In this document: positions 42,392 to 57,125 of the stretch, piece after piece | Position numbering within the stretch: position 1 is the stretch's first letter | Layout: every line of letters starts with the position of its first letter | Source: Octopus vulgaris | Taxonomy: Eukaryota | Assembly (NCBI GenBank): GCA_951406725.2 | Contig: OX597815.1 | Location: 110,298,001-110,362,000 of the forward strand | DNA length: 64,000 nucleotides | Direction: 5' to 3' | Program-made: the position numbers and the translations under genes | The notes under the pieces: model-generated | Databases searched by the model: none | What the model saw: the letters and a program-made list of their open reading frames with translations, nothing else | What the model was told of the DNA's origin: nothing

Positions 42392-42707
42392 CTCATACAT
42401 ACATCTACATAACAGCCCACTAACTATTCTACATGTATATAAATATAAACTGTGGATATGCAGACGGATAGGTACATAGGTAATATGAACAGACAAGCAC
42501 ACACACACACACACATACACACACACAGAGACACACACACACACACACACATAAATAAGCAAATGAAATTTAATTGATTAATATCAATTTCTATCCTTAT
42601 TTCATTTTATATATAGTTCAAATGTACAGAAAAACAAAAGACGAAGACAGGAGTGTAATAAACAGCAAACAAGTGTATTAGTTTGACGCTCGGGAAAGTG
42701 TGAAAGT

Positions 42708-42743
42708 TTTTTACGTTCCGAGCCTACGCTCTTCAACAGAAAA
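42708..42743 (-). ncRNA. Decayed hammerhead-like motif (GAAA changed to GGAA)
   Basis: TTTT-CTGTTGA-A-GAGC-GTAG-GCTC-GGAA-CG-TA-AAAA within repeat at about 42620-42770. Confidence 0.45.
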
Positions 42744-43799
42744 GAACACGAGGAAATATAATCGCGTGGTCTGATAATTATGTATAGAAATCTAAAGTTT
42801 TAATTTCGATGGATAACAGTAGGTTTCTCCTAAATTCCGCATAGATGTTCTCTTTCTCTGTAACTGATTTCAACTACTGTATTAATATATTATTTTGTGT
42901 CATCTACAGTTGCTTGCTTTCTTATGTTTCGGCAGGAACATTATGAAGTTTCGGCCTGTCATGGTAGAGGTTGATATAGGGCGTGTTGTTACAGTACAGG
43001 TAGCGAGGCCAGTATCATTGCTGGTCATTGAACTTTAGCTGAGGCAACTTTGCATGGTGGACGCATATTATGCAAGCAACATACAAATATGTTCAAACAA
43101 TGGCTTACACAGACGCGCGCATACACATACACATGCACGCACGCACATAATAAGTAAGGGTAGTCTTTGTAGATGAGAAACCTTTCCAAGAACGTTTAAG
43201 GAAAAATCTGTTGATATGATAATATCAAATTTTAGATGAGATAAAATTTATTTAAAAATTATAACGGCATACTCATTTAGGTTTGAGGTGAGAAATCTAT
43301 GAAGAATTAACTCGGAAATTTCAAAATGCAGACGTCTTCATATTACAGAAACTTTTCTTATGAAATCTCGCTCTAGCTGAAAATAACAGGATCACGAATT
43401 TTGATTAATGGTCTCAATTTCCGACGTATGGAAACGGGTAAATTTTATCAGTTTTTAAAATGTACAATTATGATACCTAATATTTCCAACTTCGTCACTA
43501 GCTACGTGTTTTCTCCTCCAGCCTACTTTGTGCGTACACCAATTCAACTGACCCACGTCTTGCTTTTAAATATATTCAAACAATAATTCCTCCCAATTCA
43601 TTCTGTTCTCATTAATATTCCTGCCTCAAAGTGATAGGATAACTACTTTTTGCTGACACAGAACGTCTCAGTTTTCCTTAGACCCCCTTGATTTATTATC
43701 TATTGCAAGTTATTTGTCTATAACTTCTATTATTAGATTTATTAGATTGCTATACAATTTTATTACTTATTCAACATATCAAACAAAAAAAAAAAAGGG

Positions 43800-44332
43800 A
43801 TCATGAAGTGGAAGGGAAGGCAGTAATGTGAAAAGGAAACAAAAACAGAAAATGCAGGCTTGAAACTGATGTTTTACAAAGGTTTGATATGAGATATAAA
43901 CTCAGCTATATTGCAAAAGCGTTAAAGTTTGCAACGTCAACAATACATGATCACAAAAATAAGTTAAATCCAGTGCTCAAGTCGCTACGCCATTCAATAT
44001 ACAAATATAGCTTTTTCATACATCTGCATGATGCTGAAAATGAAACGGCTTTTGCATGAGTATTTCGACGAGCAGACTGTAGGTTATATGTTGATAAACA
44101 CGATATACATTCGAGTGGAGCTAAAAGATTATATAGCGGTTTGCAGGAAATAGTTGATGCAACTTCTGTTGAAATTGCTTTTCCTGCTAATAAAGTCTAG
44201 TTTCAAAGATTTAAGAGGCGCCTTTTGCTACTGAACTATTCTCGATCAACTAGCCTGAGTCATTTGAAGTCTTTCTGTTTAAACTGAAATCTGACTGGAA
44301 TTTTTCTAATTATGATTCAATATGGGGACTGT
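43800..44332 (+). mobile_element. Tigger/pogo-like transposase remnant
   Basis: Broken frames IAKALKFATSTI, KMKRLL, AKRLY and FPANKV*FQRFKRR (Tigger FxASxGWFxRFKxR). Ends GGGGACTG-TA. Confidence 0.55.
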
Positions 44333-45146
44333 ACATAATTACAAGAACTTTCACTGAAACTTTAATCATTTATGCAGTTCATACGAATTCGTTATTCATT
44401 CACATTTATCAAATTTTCGAACATAAATCAAATAGTGCGCATTTGAAGTCATTTAACTCGGCTTCTAGTTATGGACGTTGTCAACGATGTCCTCGTTGTC
44501 ATCGCCACTGCAATCGATATCTTCAAGGTCATCGTTATCGTAGTAATCCTCCTCCTCCAACCCCACCAACGCTACTTGGGTCTAAGAACTGCAAAAATTC
44601 GCGTCACATGAATAGGAGCCAACGTATTTAATGGCGTGGTCATTCACGAGAAATATCTGGAAATGTGTTAACCCCACTGGCTATTATCAGCAATGCCATC
44701 ACGGATGTTGTTTCGTACAAACCTTTGTTATCACATCACAAATCACATATACATAACTATATACACACACAAACATACACGCACGCGCGCGCGTGCACAC
44801 ACACACACACACACACACACTTCCATGCACACAAACATATATGACATATAGAGTTCTATATTTAAAAGGTGAGGAATTATGTGCATTATTTACATTATTT
44901 ACAATTGACAGATATCCGTCAAATGTAAATAATGTAAACATTGTATATATGACATATGTTACCAAAGTTTCAGCATACTCACGTTCAGCAATCGAATGAA
45001 GCCAGCGAGCCAAAACTTCGAAGTCCTGAAGTTAACATCAAATACCTCTTTCTAATGATTTTTGAATATGTACTCTACAAAACGTTCTGAGTTATCTTTT
45101 AGATTAATATTAATTTGTTTTTATATTGAACTTGGCATAAAAAGAA

Positions 45147-45177
<31 letters not shown>

Positions 45178-45288
45178 TGAATATATATATATATATATAT
45201 ATCTCCCTGCTTCCATTTCCTGAGCGCCTATTAATAATAATACTGTAATTGTTCCATTGTTGTTGTTTTTTTGTTTCCCGTTTGGATT

Positions 45289-45356
<68 letters not shown>

Positions 45357-45495
45357 GAAGATGTACTTGCATAGCAAGTGACTTGACCTGAGATCGTGTA
45401 CTGAAACAAAAACAATTTCAGCGTGAAAGGTGTTTCTAAGCCATTTAAAAACACAACACAAAAACCAATAAATGTACTTCAACATCTAAATTTAA

Positions 45496-45546
45496 TTTGT
45501 CAAAAGATTTTCGTCGCTTTAAAACCGCGAACTGTTCACTGACAAA
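45496..45546 (-). ncRNA. Hammerhead-like motif with G3-C8 covariant core
   Basis: TTTGTCA-GTGAACA-GTTCGC(loop)GCGAC-GAAA-ATCT-TT-TGACAAA: 7-bp stem I, with core positions 3 and 8 swapped. Confidence 0.55.
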
Positions 45547-45585
45547 ATTCCGTGCTGCATCTGAGAAAGTAACAGTTAGTTCATG

Positions 45586-45616
<31 letters not shown>

Positions 45617-45618
45617 TG

Positions 45619-45649
<31 letters not shown>

Positions 45650-46229
45650 CGCATGTATGTACGCATGTATGTATTTACGTAGACGTGTCTGTGTGTATGT
45701 ATATGTGTATATACAAGTGAACGTATGTTTATGTACTGATATATGTGTCTGTTCAAGTTGTATATATGGTTGTTACTCTGTCGAAGGTTGTGTGTGTGTA
45801 TATATATACACGTCCCTCTCACCACCGTCTAACGGCGAATGGATACGATGTCTTAGATACATACATGCAAATATAAGCGTACCTGTACATATATACAAGC
45901 ATGCACAATCATATAAACACGTATACACACATATTTACGTATAATCTTAACGTATACGCTTATCCATCTACATAATTATGTCACTATTTTCCCAGATAAC
46001 GGTTAAAAATTTAAGGACTTTTCAAAATTTTAATTTTCATAGACATATACATATATATGTGCATACACACACATATGTGCACACATATATCTACACACAT
46101 GCACATACGTGCATGCGTGTACACACTCATACACACATATAAACTCATACGATTATGTGTAAATATATATATGTATTTCAGTATCATGTATCTCAACATG
46201 TACGTTGGATTTCTACATGTAAATGAGAG

Positions 46230-46572
46230 AAAGGGGTGATTATAGATAGGTACTCCTGAGTGGAATCTGGGTGCTACCCTATTCGGATTTACGGTTGAGG
46301 GTGGATTTGTATACAAACAGCTTCTGTAACTTGTCTCAGCCAGTGTTACACCTGTGAGTTGTGTAGATAATATGTCTTGCCTAAGTCTCCCTAAGGAGCC
46401 GTTGTGGCAGTCTACAGCATACTGATGGAAGATAGATTTTGTTTTTCTTCAATGTAGTTGTCCAGGTGTTCTTTGAACCTATCATTGATGCTCTTAGAAT
46501 TCTCACCAATATATGACTCTGGGATAACCGCACAAATCCCTTCATGGCACTTAATATGGTATACAGTGTTTT
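46230..46572 (-). mobile_element. GIY-YIG endonuclease remnant (Penelope-like)
   Basis: Minus-strand translation NTVYHIKCHEGICAVIPESYIGENSKSINDRFKEHL matches the GIY-YIG motif order. Confidence 0.7.
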
Positions 46573-46593
46573 TCTTTTTCTTTTATATATATA

Positions 46594-46980
46594 CTAGCAG
46601 TATCGCCCGGCGTTGCTCAGGTTTGTAAGGGAAAGCATTTTTAGAGAGTTATAGCCAAAAAATAGCAAAAAAATGCATTGAAAATGGAAAAAAAATTATG
46701 GTAAATTTCTTTTTAAATCGTTGACTCATCGTAGACATTTTTAGAGAGTTACTTCCCTTATATAATAGCGAAAAAATGCATTAAAATGGAATAAAATTAT
46801 GGTAATTTTTTTAAATCGTAGACTCATCGTAGACGCGCGCTAATACCCAGAAGGGCTCGATATGAATCACGACTATAAGATACCCGGTTTTGGTTAAACT
46901 GCACCGCAAAATGTGGGAGTAGTTAGGAATCTAAATCGGAGGAGACAGACAGCACACAACCTTACTTTTATATATAAACA
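46594..46980 (-). mobile_element. Non-autonomous Helitron
   Basis: Minus-strand 3' end has hairpin CCTGAGCAACGCCGGG followed by CTAG. 5' end is TGTTTATATATAAAAG. Internal ~100-bp duplication, no TSD. Confidence 0.7.
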
Positions 46981-46986
46981 TATATA

Positions 46987-47406
46987 GGCGTAGGAGTGGC
47001 TGTGTGGTAAGTAGCTTGTTTACCAACCACATGGTTCCGGGTTCAGTCCCACTGCGTGGCACCTTGGGCAAGTGTCTTCTACTATTGCCTCGGGCCGACC
47101 AAAGCTTTGTGAGTGGATTTGGTAGTCGGAAACTGAAAGAAGGCTGTCGTATATATGTATATATATATATGTGTGTGTGTGTATGTTTGTGTGTCTGTGT
47201 TTGTCTCCCCTCCACCAACATCACTTGACAACCGATGCTGGTGTGTTTACGTCACCATAACTTAGCGGTTCGGCAAAAGGAACCGATAGAATAAGTACTA
47301 GGCTTACAAAGAATAAGTCCTAGGGTCGATTTGCTCGACTAAAGGCGGTGCTCCAGCATGGCCACAGTCAAATGACTGAAACAACTAACAGAGTAAAAAA
47401 AAAGAG
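46987..47406 (+). mobile_element. SINE family A, full length
   Basis: GGCGTAGGAGTGGCTGTGTGGTAAG...GGTTCAGTCCC head, internal microsatellite and tail. Confidence 0.9.
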
Positions 47407-47451
47407 TATATATATGTGTATATGTATGTATGTATGTGTGTGTGTGTATAC

Positions 47452-47568
<117 letters not shown>

Positions 47569-47644
47569 TGCTCCAATGAGAGATGGGATCGAGAAAAACT
47601 TGCTTTTTTGCATTGTCGCTATGAAGCCTACATAGTAACTTCAT

Positions 47645-47907
47645 ACACACTCACGACACATCACACATACACGACACATCACACACACACGACACATCAC
47701 ACACACACGATACATCACACACACACCACACATCACACACACACGACACATCACACACACACGATACATCACACACACACCACACACCACACATCACACA
47801 CACACACACACAACACATCACACACACACACATCACACGCACACGACACGCATCACACACACCCGACACCTCACACACACACGACACATCACACACACAT
47901 GACATAT

Positions 47908-47938
<31 letters not shown>

Positions 47939-48180
47939 GAAACATCAGACACACGATACATCACACACAGACGACACATCACATACACACACCACAGATC
48001 ACACACACGACACACACACACACGACGCATCACATACACCACACATCACACACACACACCACACATCACACACACGACGCATCACACACACACGACACAT
48101 CACACACACACACACATACACACGAAACATCACACACACATCACACACACGACACACACACGACGCATCACACTCATACA
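47645..48180. repeat. Minisatellite, ~16-18-bp (ACACACACGACACATC)n
   Basis: About 30 degenerate units. Source of the His/Thr-rich pseudo-ORF. Confidence 0.9.
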
Positions 48181-48242
48181 AAAGCGAATGTACGCATTTA
48201 TATAAACAAATACAGTGAATTGTGTCAAATATCATATCTATA

Positions 48243-48567
48243 GGGGAGCACTCCGTCGGTTACGACGACGAGGGTCCCAGCTGATACGATCAACGGAACA
48301 GCTTGCTCGTGGAATTAACGTGCAAGTGACTGAGCGACCCACAGACACGTGTACCCTTAACTTAGTTCTCAGGGAGATTCAGTGTGACACAAAGTGTGAC
48401 AAGGCCGGCCCTTTGAAATACAGGTACGACTCATTTTTGCCGGCTGAGTGGACTGGAGCAACGTGAAATAAAGTGTCTTGCTCAAGGACATAACGCATCG
48501 CCGGGAATTGAACTCACGACCTTACAATCGTCAGTCGAATACCCTGACCACTAAGCCACACGCCTTC
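48243..48567 (-). mobile_element. tRNA-derived SINE
   Basis: Head GAAGGCGTGTGGCTTAGTGG...GAGTTCAATTCCCGG and CTTGAGCAAGACACTTTATTTCACG core. Partial copies at 51075-51225 and 59358-59545. Confidence 0.82.
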
Positions 48568-48881
48568 ACATCATATCTATAACGCAGTTATACGTAGCCA
48601 CACAAAAGAGAATTGAGGTTAAATTTCTCATTCTTCGAACAAGCAAACATACGTTTCCACCTATGCCGAAACTTTGGCACAAATACATTTCTATAAATAT
48701 ATGGTTATACTCATACGAGCATAATATATATATATATACATATATATGCATACATACATATATGCATACACACATAGTCACACACACACACACATATGAA
48801 TGTATGTATAAATATGAGAGAGATTCTCAGTATCGAATACACATCAAAGTGCTCAACAGATTTAAACTTGAACAGGTAGAG

Positions 48882-49216
48882 GAGTAAATGTAAGGATAAG
48901 CAAGTTAGGCACGTTGATATACAAAACGTACACTTCTTCACATATAAGAAGGTCCGACTTACGCAGAACAGAAATGATGTCAGGAATTAAAAGGGTTGAA
49001 TAACAGTTTTACGAGTTCAACAGCTGTTTCTTTGGATCACCAAGCCCCCAGAAACAGCTGGTGGACTCGTTAAGTCTTATCCAACCCCTTTATTTCCTGA
49101 TATCGTTTCTCTTCTGTGTTAGTCGTACATTCTTATTTGTAAACATATGTACATTTTTTGTATTAAATGCCTTTAATATTTTTTGCATATCGACTTGTTT
49201 ATCCTTACATTTACTC
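48882..49216. mobile_element. Fold-back MITE
   Basis: GAGTAAATGTAAGGATAAGCAAG pairs with CTTGTTTATCCTTACATTTACTC. Inner CAGCTGTTTCT pairs with AGAAACAGCTG. Confidence 0.75.
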
Positions 49217-49415
49217 ATGTACGTACGTACGCACGTATGTATGTATGTATGTATGTATGTATGTATGTATGTATGTATGTATGTATGTATGTATGTATGT
49301 ATGTATGTATGTATGTATGTATGTATGTATGTGGTTAAACTGAACACAAAACAAAAGACAGAAGAACAGAGACAGGAGAGGGAGTTAGTTTGACACTCGG
49401 GAAGAATGGAAAAGG

Positions 49416-49451
49416 CTTTGACGGGTCGATTCAACGTTCTTCGACAGAAAG
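49416..49451 (-). ncRNA. Heavily decayed hammerhead-like motif downstream of Penelope RT remnant
   Basis: CTTT-CTGTCGA-A-GAAC-GTTG-AATC-GACC-CG-TC-AAAG in repeat at about 49335-49485. Confidence 0.4.
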
Positions 49452-49482
49452 GGATGATAGAAGAAAAATGGGGAGAGAGGTA

Positions 49483-49572
<90 letters not shown>

Positions 49573-49589
49573 CCTGGGTTTCAAGGACC

Positions 49590-50527
<938 letters not shown>

Positions 50528-50604
50528 TACATATGTGCATGTATCTATTTACAAGTTTATATATATATATATATATACACACATATGTATGTATGCATGT
50601 ATGC

Positions 50605-50637
<33 letters not shown>

Positions 50638-50649
50638 TGTATGTATGTA

Positions 50650-51052
50650 TCATCATCATCATCGTTTAACGTCCGTTGTCCATGCTGGCATGGGTTGGAC
50701 GGATGGTTTGACTGAGAGGCCTGGAGATCAAACGGCTGCACCAGTTTCCAATCTGATCTGGCAATGTTTCTACAGCAGGACGACTTCCTAACGCCAACCA
50801 CTCCGATTGTAGTGGGTGCTTTTTACCTGCCACCGGCACAGGAGCCAGTCAACAGGTATTCTCAAGTATATATCGCCCGACGCATCAGGGGTACTGTTAA
50901 CTGGGCCTCTGTGAGATCCAATGTTCGAAGGTCATGCTTCACCACCTCATCCCGTGTCTTCCTGAGTCTACGTCTCCCATAGGTTCCTTCCACAGTTAGA
51001 GAGTGGCACTTCCTTACACAGCTGTCCTCATGCATACGTAACACATGACCAT
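50650..51052 (-). mobile_element. RTE LINE 3' fragment
   Basis: GHVLRMHEDSCVRKC...GRRRLRKTRDEVVKHDL plus 3' UTR and (GAT)n tail. Confidence 0.8.
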
Positions 51053-51734
51053 ATATATATATATATATATATATACAGGTATAACTCATTTTTGCCAGCT
51101 GAGTGGACTGGAGCAACGTGAAATAAAGTGTCTTGCTCAAGGACACAATGCGTCGCCGGGAATTGAACTCACGACCTTACAATCATCAGCCGAATGCCCT
51201 AACCACTAAGCCACACGCCTTCACATCATATATATACACATACACATGAATGTATGTAGATATACTCATACACGTGCGCACACACACATTTATTTCGAAA
51301 CTTTATCACGCATATTGCACCTGCAAATTATATTAAAAGTACACGTAACTGTGGAATACGCAGCCACTTAGGCATTTACTGTGGTAGTTCAGCTGATCGA
51401 ATAGGTGAATCATGTTCGTCCTAACCGATGGAGGATTGATAGATAGTTGGATGTACATGATAAAAATAGCATATATAGAGAGAAAAGAAAGAATGAAACA
51501 AAGAAGGAAAGAAAGAAAGAAAAAAATAAGAAAAGATAAAGAGAAACAGAGAAAATGAGAGAGAGAAATAGCGGCTGGAGAAACGATTAGAAGACCGAAA
51601 TCATAAGAGTTACAGGATAGACGGAGTTACGAGGTTGATAGTTGTAGTTGCTGTTGTCGTCGCTGTTGTTGTTGTTACTGTTGCTGTTGTTGTTAGATAT
51701 GGCGGAACATGTAGAGTTGTAGTATGGTGATACG

Positions 51735-51972
51735 GTGGCTCGGCGGAATTTGAACTCACAACGTAACGACGGGCGAAATGCGTAACCGTATTTCGTCTGT
51801 CGTTACGTTGTGAGTTCAAATTTCGCCGAGGTCGACTTTGCCTTTCATCCTTTCAGGGTCGATAAATTAAGTACCAGTAACGCACTGGGGTCGATATAAT
51901 CGACTTAATCCGTATGTCTGTCCTTGTTTGTCCTCTCTGTGTTTAACCCCCTTGTGGGTAGTAAAGAAATAG
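51735..51972 (+). mobile_element. SINE family B with short 5' inversion
   Basis: Family B body preceded by inverted CTCGGCGGAATTTGAACTCACAACGTAACGAC. Confidence 0.8.
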
Positions 51973-52297
51973 CTGGTGCTTCTTGTGGTACGAGATTGGT
52001 TGCGAGGGTATACGAAAAAGGAGGGCGGTGGTGGCTTTCTTAATTGTGATGGTGGCTGTGGTGGAATTGTTGTTGTGGTGTTGTTCTTGTTTATGGTGGT
52101 GGGTGTGGAGACGGAGTGGCTCTTGTGTCAAGAGGGTGGTGGAAAAAAAGTGGGATGTGGTTCTAAAGAAAAGCTACCGTGAAAAGAGGGCGGAGGCAAA
52201 AGTAGAGATAAGATCGAGAGGAGGAGTGGTGTGAGGTTCAGGTTAAACTCGATAATGTGCCTGTTAATCGGGGTGGGGGGGAAGGTCTGAATGTGCT

Positions 52298-52336
<39 letters not shown>

Positions 52337-52939
52337 ATGTGTGTGTGTCTGTGTGTTATGTGTATGTGTGATTCGTGCGGTGTATGTATATGTGTGTATA
52401 TGGCTATGCGAGTGTGTGTGTGTGTAAATGTGAGAATGATTATGTGAAAGAAATTATAAGGTTGCATTGTGTATGTGCGTATTTATATACGCACATATAT
52501 TCGCACACACATTTGCGTATATGATTATATATAAATATATAAATGTGTAGGTGAATATATACGCATACACATATATATGCACATACGTGTATGTGTGTGT
52601 GTGAATATATATATATATATATACATATATCTTTATACATACATAAAGTGTGTGTGTGTATGTATATATGTGTGTGTGTGTGTATGTATATATCTGTGTA
52701 CATGTGTAAGTGGGAGAGAGAAATAGATTTCAACTATTTATATAAATACGAATATCGGTTTTTAAGTTTGTATGTCTACGCTTGTTTATACAATTTCGCA
52801 TGTATATCCATATTTAAGGCTAGATTTGTAAATCCATTTGTAAGCTGGTGTATGCTTGTGTATGTGTGCGTGTGTGTGAGTGTGCATGTGTGTGCATCTG
52901 CATACCTGGACGTAATCATATAAAATGAATTACATCTAC

Positions 52940-53037
<98 letters not shown>

Positions 53038-53173
53038 ATATATATATATATATATGTATGTATATCACCGTGACCGACCAGGCTATCTGATGTTGCTACA
53101 CATCGCTGGTCACAATGCGCTTTGCATTGTTTTAGCCTTCAAATGACGCCACCCCGCTGGCTAAGCGAGCAGG

Positions 53174-53283
<110 letters not shown>

Positions 53284-53357
53284 AATAAAATATATGCATA
53301 TATATAAACATATATGTACGTACCTACCTCTACATGTACATATACACGCATATATAT

Positions 53358-53471
53358 ATATAACAATTTAGGAATGACCCTAACAGGTCATTCGTCCACC
53401 AGAAAGAGCAGCCATAACTGCTCTTTCTGGTGGACGAATGACCTGTTAGGGTCATTCCTAAATTGTTATAT
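53358..53471. repeat. Perfect 54-bp inverted repeat with 6-nt loop
   Basis: Arms 53358-53411 and 53418-53471 are exact reverse complements. Confidence 0.95.
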
Positions 53472-53562
53472 TTATATACTTAGTCGCTGACTATTTTCTC
53501 TTTTCCACTAGGCCGTTGGTAGCGATAGATTTCTATTGAATTTTTTTGCTACCCTAAATTGA

Positions 53563-53656
<94 letters not shown>

Positions 53657-53661
53657 CATAC

Positions 53662-53706
<45 letters not shown>

Positions 53707-53989
53707 ATATATATATATATAGATATATAGACACACACATCTATCTATAATCCTATAATTCGAGTACATGGGTATAGGTGTATATGTGTACCTGTCGGCA
53801 TAGTAGTCTATTTATCCATGCATCTCAACAGCTTTCATGTCTGTACCTGTGCGCACCTATGCGCATGATTGTTAATGTGCGTGAATGTTATGTGCACTGG
53901 TGCGTATATGTTTGTGTATGAGAGTTGGTATCAGTACTTGCATAGACGCGTGTTTTTATCTCTTTATATGCCTTTGTATGTATGCGTTA

Positions 53990-54710
53990 TATGTGTGTGT
54001 ATGTATGTATGTATGTATGTATGTATGTATGTATGTATGTATGTATGTATGTATGTATGTATGCATGTATATATGTTTGTATGGTTGTATGCATGCATGC
54101 ATGAATGCATGTATGTATATATGTTTGTATGTATGCATGTATGTATGCATGTTTGTATGCATGTATATATGTTTGTATGGTTGTATGTATGTATGCATGC
54201 ATGAATGCATGTATGTATGTATGCATGTATGTATGCATTTATGCATGTATGCATGCTTGTACGTCTGCATGCATTCATGCTTGCTTGCATGCATGTATGT
54301 ATGTATGCATGTACACATGTATGTATGTGTGTATGTATGCACGCATGTATGTATGTATCTATGTATGCATCCTTGCATGTATATATATGTATGCATGTAT
54401 GCATCTATGTATGTAAGTATGTATGTATGTATGTATGTATGTATGCATGTATATATGTTTGTATGGTTGTATGCATGCATGAATGCATGTATGTATGTAT
54501 GCATGTATGTATGCATGTATGCATGTTTGCATGTTTGTACGTTTGCACGCATTCATGCATGTACACATGTATATATATGTGTGCATGCATGTATGTATGC
54601 ATGTACGCATGTATGTATGCATGTATGCATGTATATATGTAGGTATGTATGCATGCATGTATGTATGCATGCATGCTTGTATGTATGTATGTATGTATGT
54701 ACGTATGTGT
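53990..54710. repeat. Degenerate (TATG/CATG)n array with higher-order repeats
   Basis: ATATATGTTTGTATGGTTGTATG recurs at about 54070, 54165 and 54450. Confidence 0.9.
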
Positions 54711-54904
54711 GAGAGCATGTGCGTTTGCGTAGGGACGGGTGGATGTCTTGATGAATGGTTGGATTTACTCTAGCGCGTATATGTGAGCATGTGTTGTGTT
54801 TGTACAGGTGAGAAAAGAACCTCAAAATGAAATAAAAATGAAATAAGTTTAATTAACCTTAGGGGGAGGAATAATGAGGGCAGGAAGGAACGTGTATATT
54901 GTGT

Positions 54905-55244
54905 AGGGCGCATGGCTCAGTGGTTAGAGCATCGAGCTTACGATCGTGAGGTTGTGAGCTCGAATCCCGAATCGAGCTGCGTGTTGTGTTCTTGAGCAAG
55001 GCACTTTATTTCACGTTGCTCCAGTTCACTCACCTGTAGAAATGAGTTGCGACGTCACTGGTGCCAAGCTGTATCAACCTTAGCCTTTCCCTTGGATAAC
55101 ATTGGTGGCGTGGAGAGGGGAGGCTGGTATGCATGGGCGACTGCTGGTCTTCCATAAACAACCTTGTCCGGACTTGTGTCTAGGAGGGTAACTTTCTAGG
55201 TGCAATCCCATGGTCAATCATGACCGAAGGGGGTCTTTACCCTT
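54905..55244 (+). mobile_element. tRNA-derived SINE family C
   Basis: Colinear with 12905-13235. Confidence 0.88.
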
Positions 55245-55323
55245 GGTGGTGATGGTAGTTGTGGTGGTGGTGCTAGCGGTGTGATGATGATGATCATTAT
55301 CATTATCATGTTTGTGGCAGTTT

Positions 55324-55354
<31 letters not shown>

Positions 55355-55872
55355 CTTGCGGTAATAGTAGTGCTGCTGCTGCTGACGACGACGATAACAA
55401 CGACGACGACAATGATGATGACGATGATGATGATGATGACGAAACAATGAAAGAGATAAGGAGTGAGAATAAATGACAAGTGCGTCGTACAAAATACATT
55501 CAGGTATTTGTCTCGTCTCTTCATTCTGAGTTCAAATTTTACCGAAATCAGTATTGACTGCCAGTCATTCGGAGGCAATATCATAAAATGACCTCAAATT
55601 CTGCCGAAGTTGACTTTGTCTTTTATCCTTTCGGGTCCAAATTTGTTGGCCTTAAACCAAAATTTGAAACCTGTATAATGAAGTACCATTAAAGTACTGT
55701 GAACTCTACAATCGACGATTACTTTAAACCAAATTGTGTCCTTGTGCATGTATAAAAATATCAGTATAAATGACATCATTACTACCATCATTGTCGTCGT
55801 CGTTGTCGTCATCGTCGTCGTCGTTGTCATCATCATCATCATCCTCACCATCATCATCATCATCATCCTCAC

Positions 55873-55921
<49 letters not shown>

Positions 55922-56964
55922 TATATTACGTAAATCATGCGGTGGAAATCTTGAATGGGTTAATGGAGATATCCCTATACCAAATTTTGTTAGTACGTAA
56001 ACGAAACAACATGCACTCACCACCACCACCACCACCACCACCAGCAACAACAACACTAATAGCAGCAGCACCACCACCACAACCACCATCACCACCAACA
56101 AAAACACCATCACAAACACCACTAACACCACCACCACCAACAACAACAACAACAACGTCATCACTATCACCACCGTCATGACAACAATGAGTCTTAGTTA
56201 CCAACACTACCATCCCAAACACTTACACAAATACAATCCCGTCAGTAATCCACTAACTTCACAACAACCCATACCATCCTCGCTGTCAACAGCTTCGTTG
56301 AACGAAGAATAATTAGAGCTACAATCAACAACGTCGGTAAAATAACGTAACAATAACAGCAACAGTAACTATGGCTACAAGACCAACGACACAAACGCCG
56401 ACAACGACTACTACAGTAATAATAATCAAAGCTACTACTATTAATCTCATAGCTAACACCACAACCACTATAACTACGATAACAGAACTACTATTAGTAC
56501 TACTAGTACTGTTACTACAGCTGATACTATTATTAATAAACGTTTCGAACATACACACTCAGCAAAATATTTTTTTTCTACTCGAGGCACAAGGCCCGAA
56601 ATGTTGTTTTTGCGGGGAGGGGGCCAGTCGATTAGATCGACCCTAGTATGCAGCTGGTACTTAATTTATCGACCCCGAAAGGATGAAAGGCAATGTCGAC
56701 CTCGGCGGAATTTGAACTCAGAATGTGACGGCAGATGAAATACCGCTACGCATTTCACCCGGCGTGCTAACGTTTCTGTCAGTTCGCCGCCTTACACTCA
56801 GCAAAATATTGGGGTGGTGAAGTGACTCGATTAAATCACCCCGCCCCATCGCTTGACTAGTACTAAACTCGAGAGGAATTAAAAGAAAAGTTGACTACGG
56901 TGGTATACTGGACGTAAATTGTAAAGAGTACAATAAATGTTCCGAGGCATTTTGCTAGTCTTCA

Positions 56965-57125
56965 CAAGCATATATCGCCCGACGCATCAGGGGTACTCTG
57001 GGTTGCGATCTAACTTTAGTTGCCGAGTCTTCTCAATCACAGCATATCTCCAAAGGCCTCGGTCTTCTGACATTGCCTCTGTGAGATCCAATGCTCGAAA
57101 CTCATGCTTCCCCAACTCATCCCAA
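56965..57125 (-). mobile_element. RTE LINE 3' fragment (same family as 50650)
   Basis: Shares TATATCGCCCGACGCATCAGGGGTACT and GCCTCTGTGAGATCCAATG with 50870-50925. Confidence 0.65.

Noticed and set aside
47608-48243. 211-aa His/Thr-rich ORF
   Set aside because: It arises from a CA-rich minisatellite. There is no codon-level or splice evidence.
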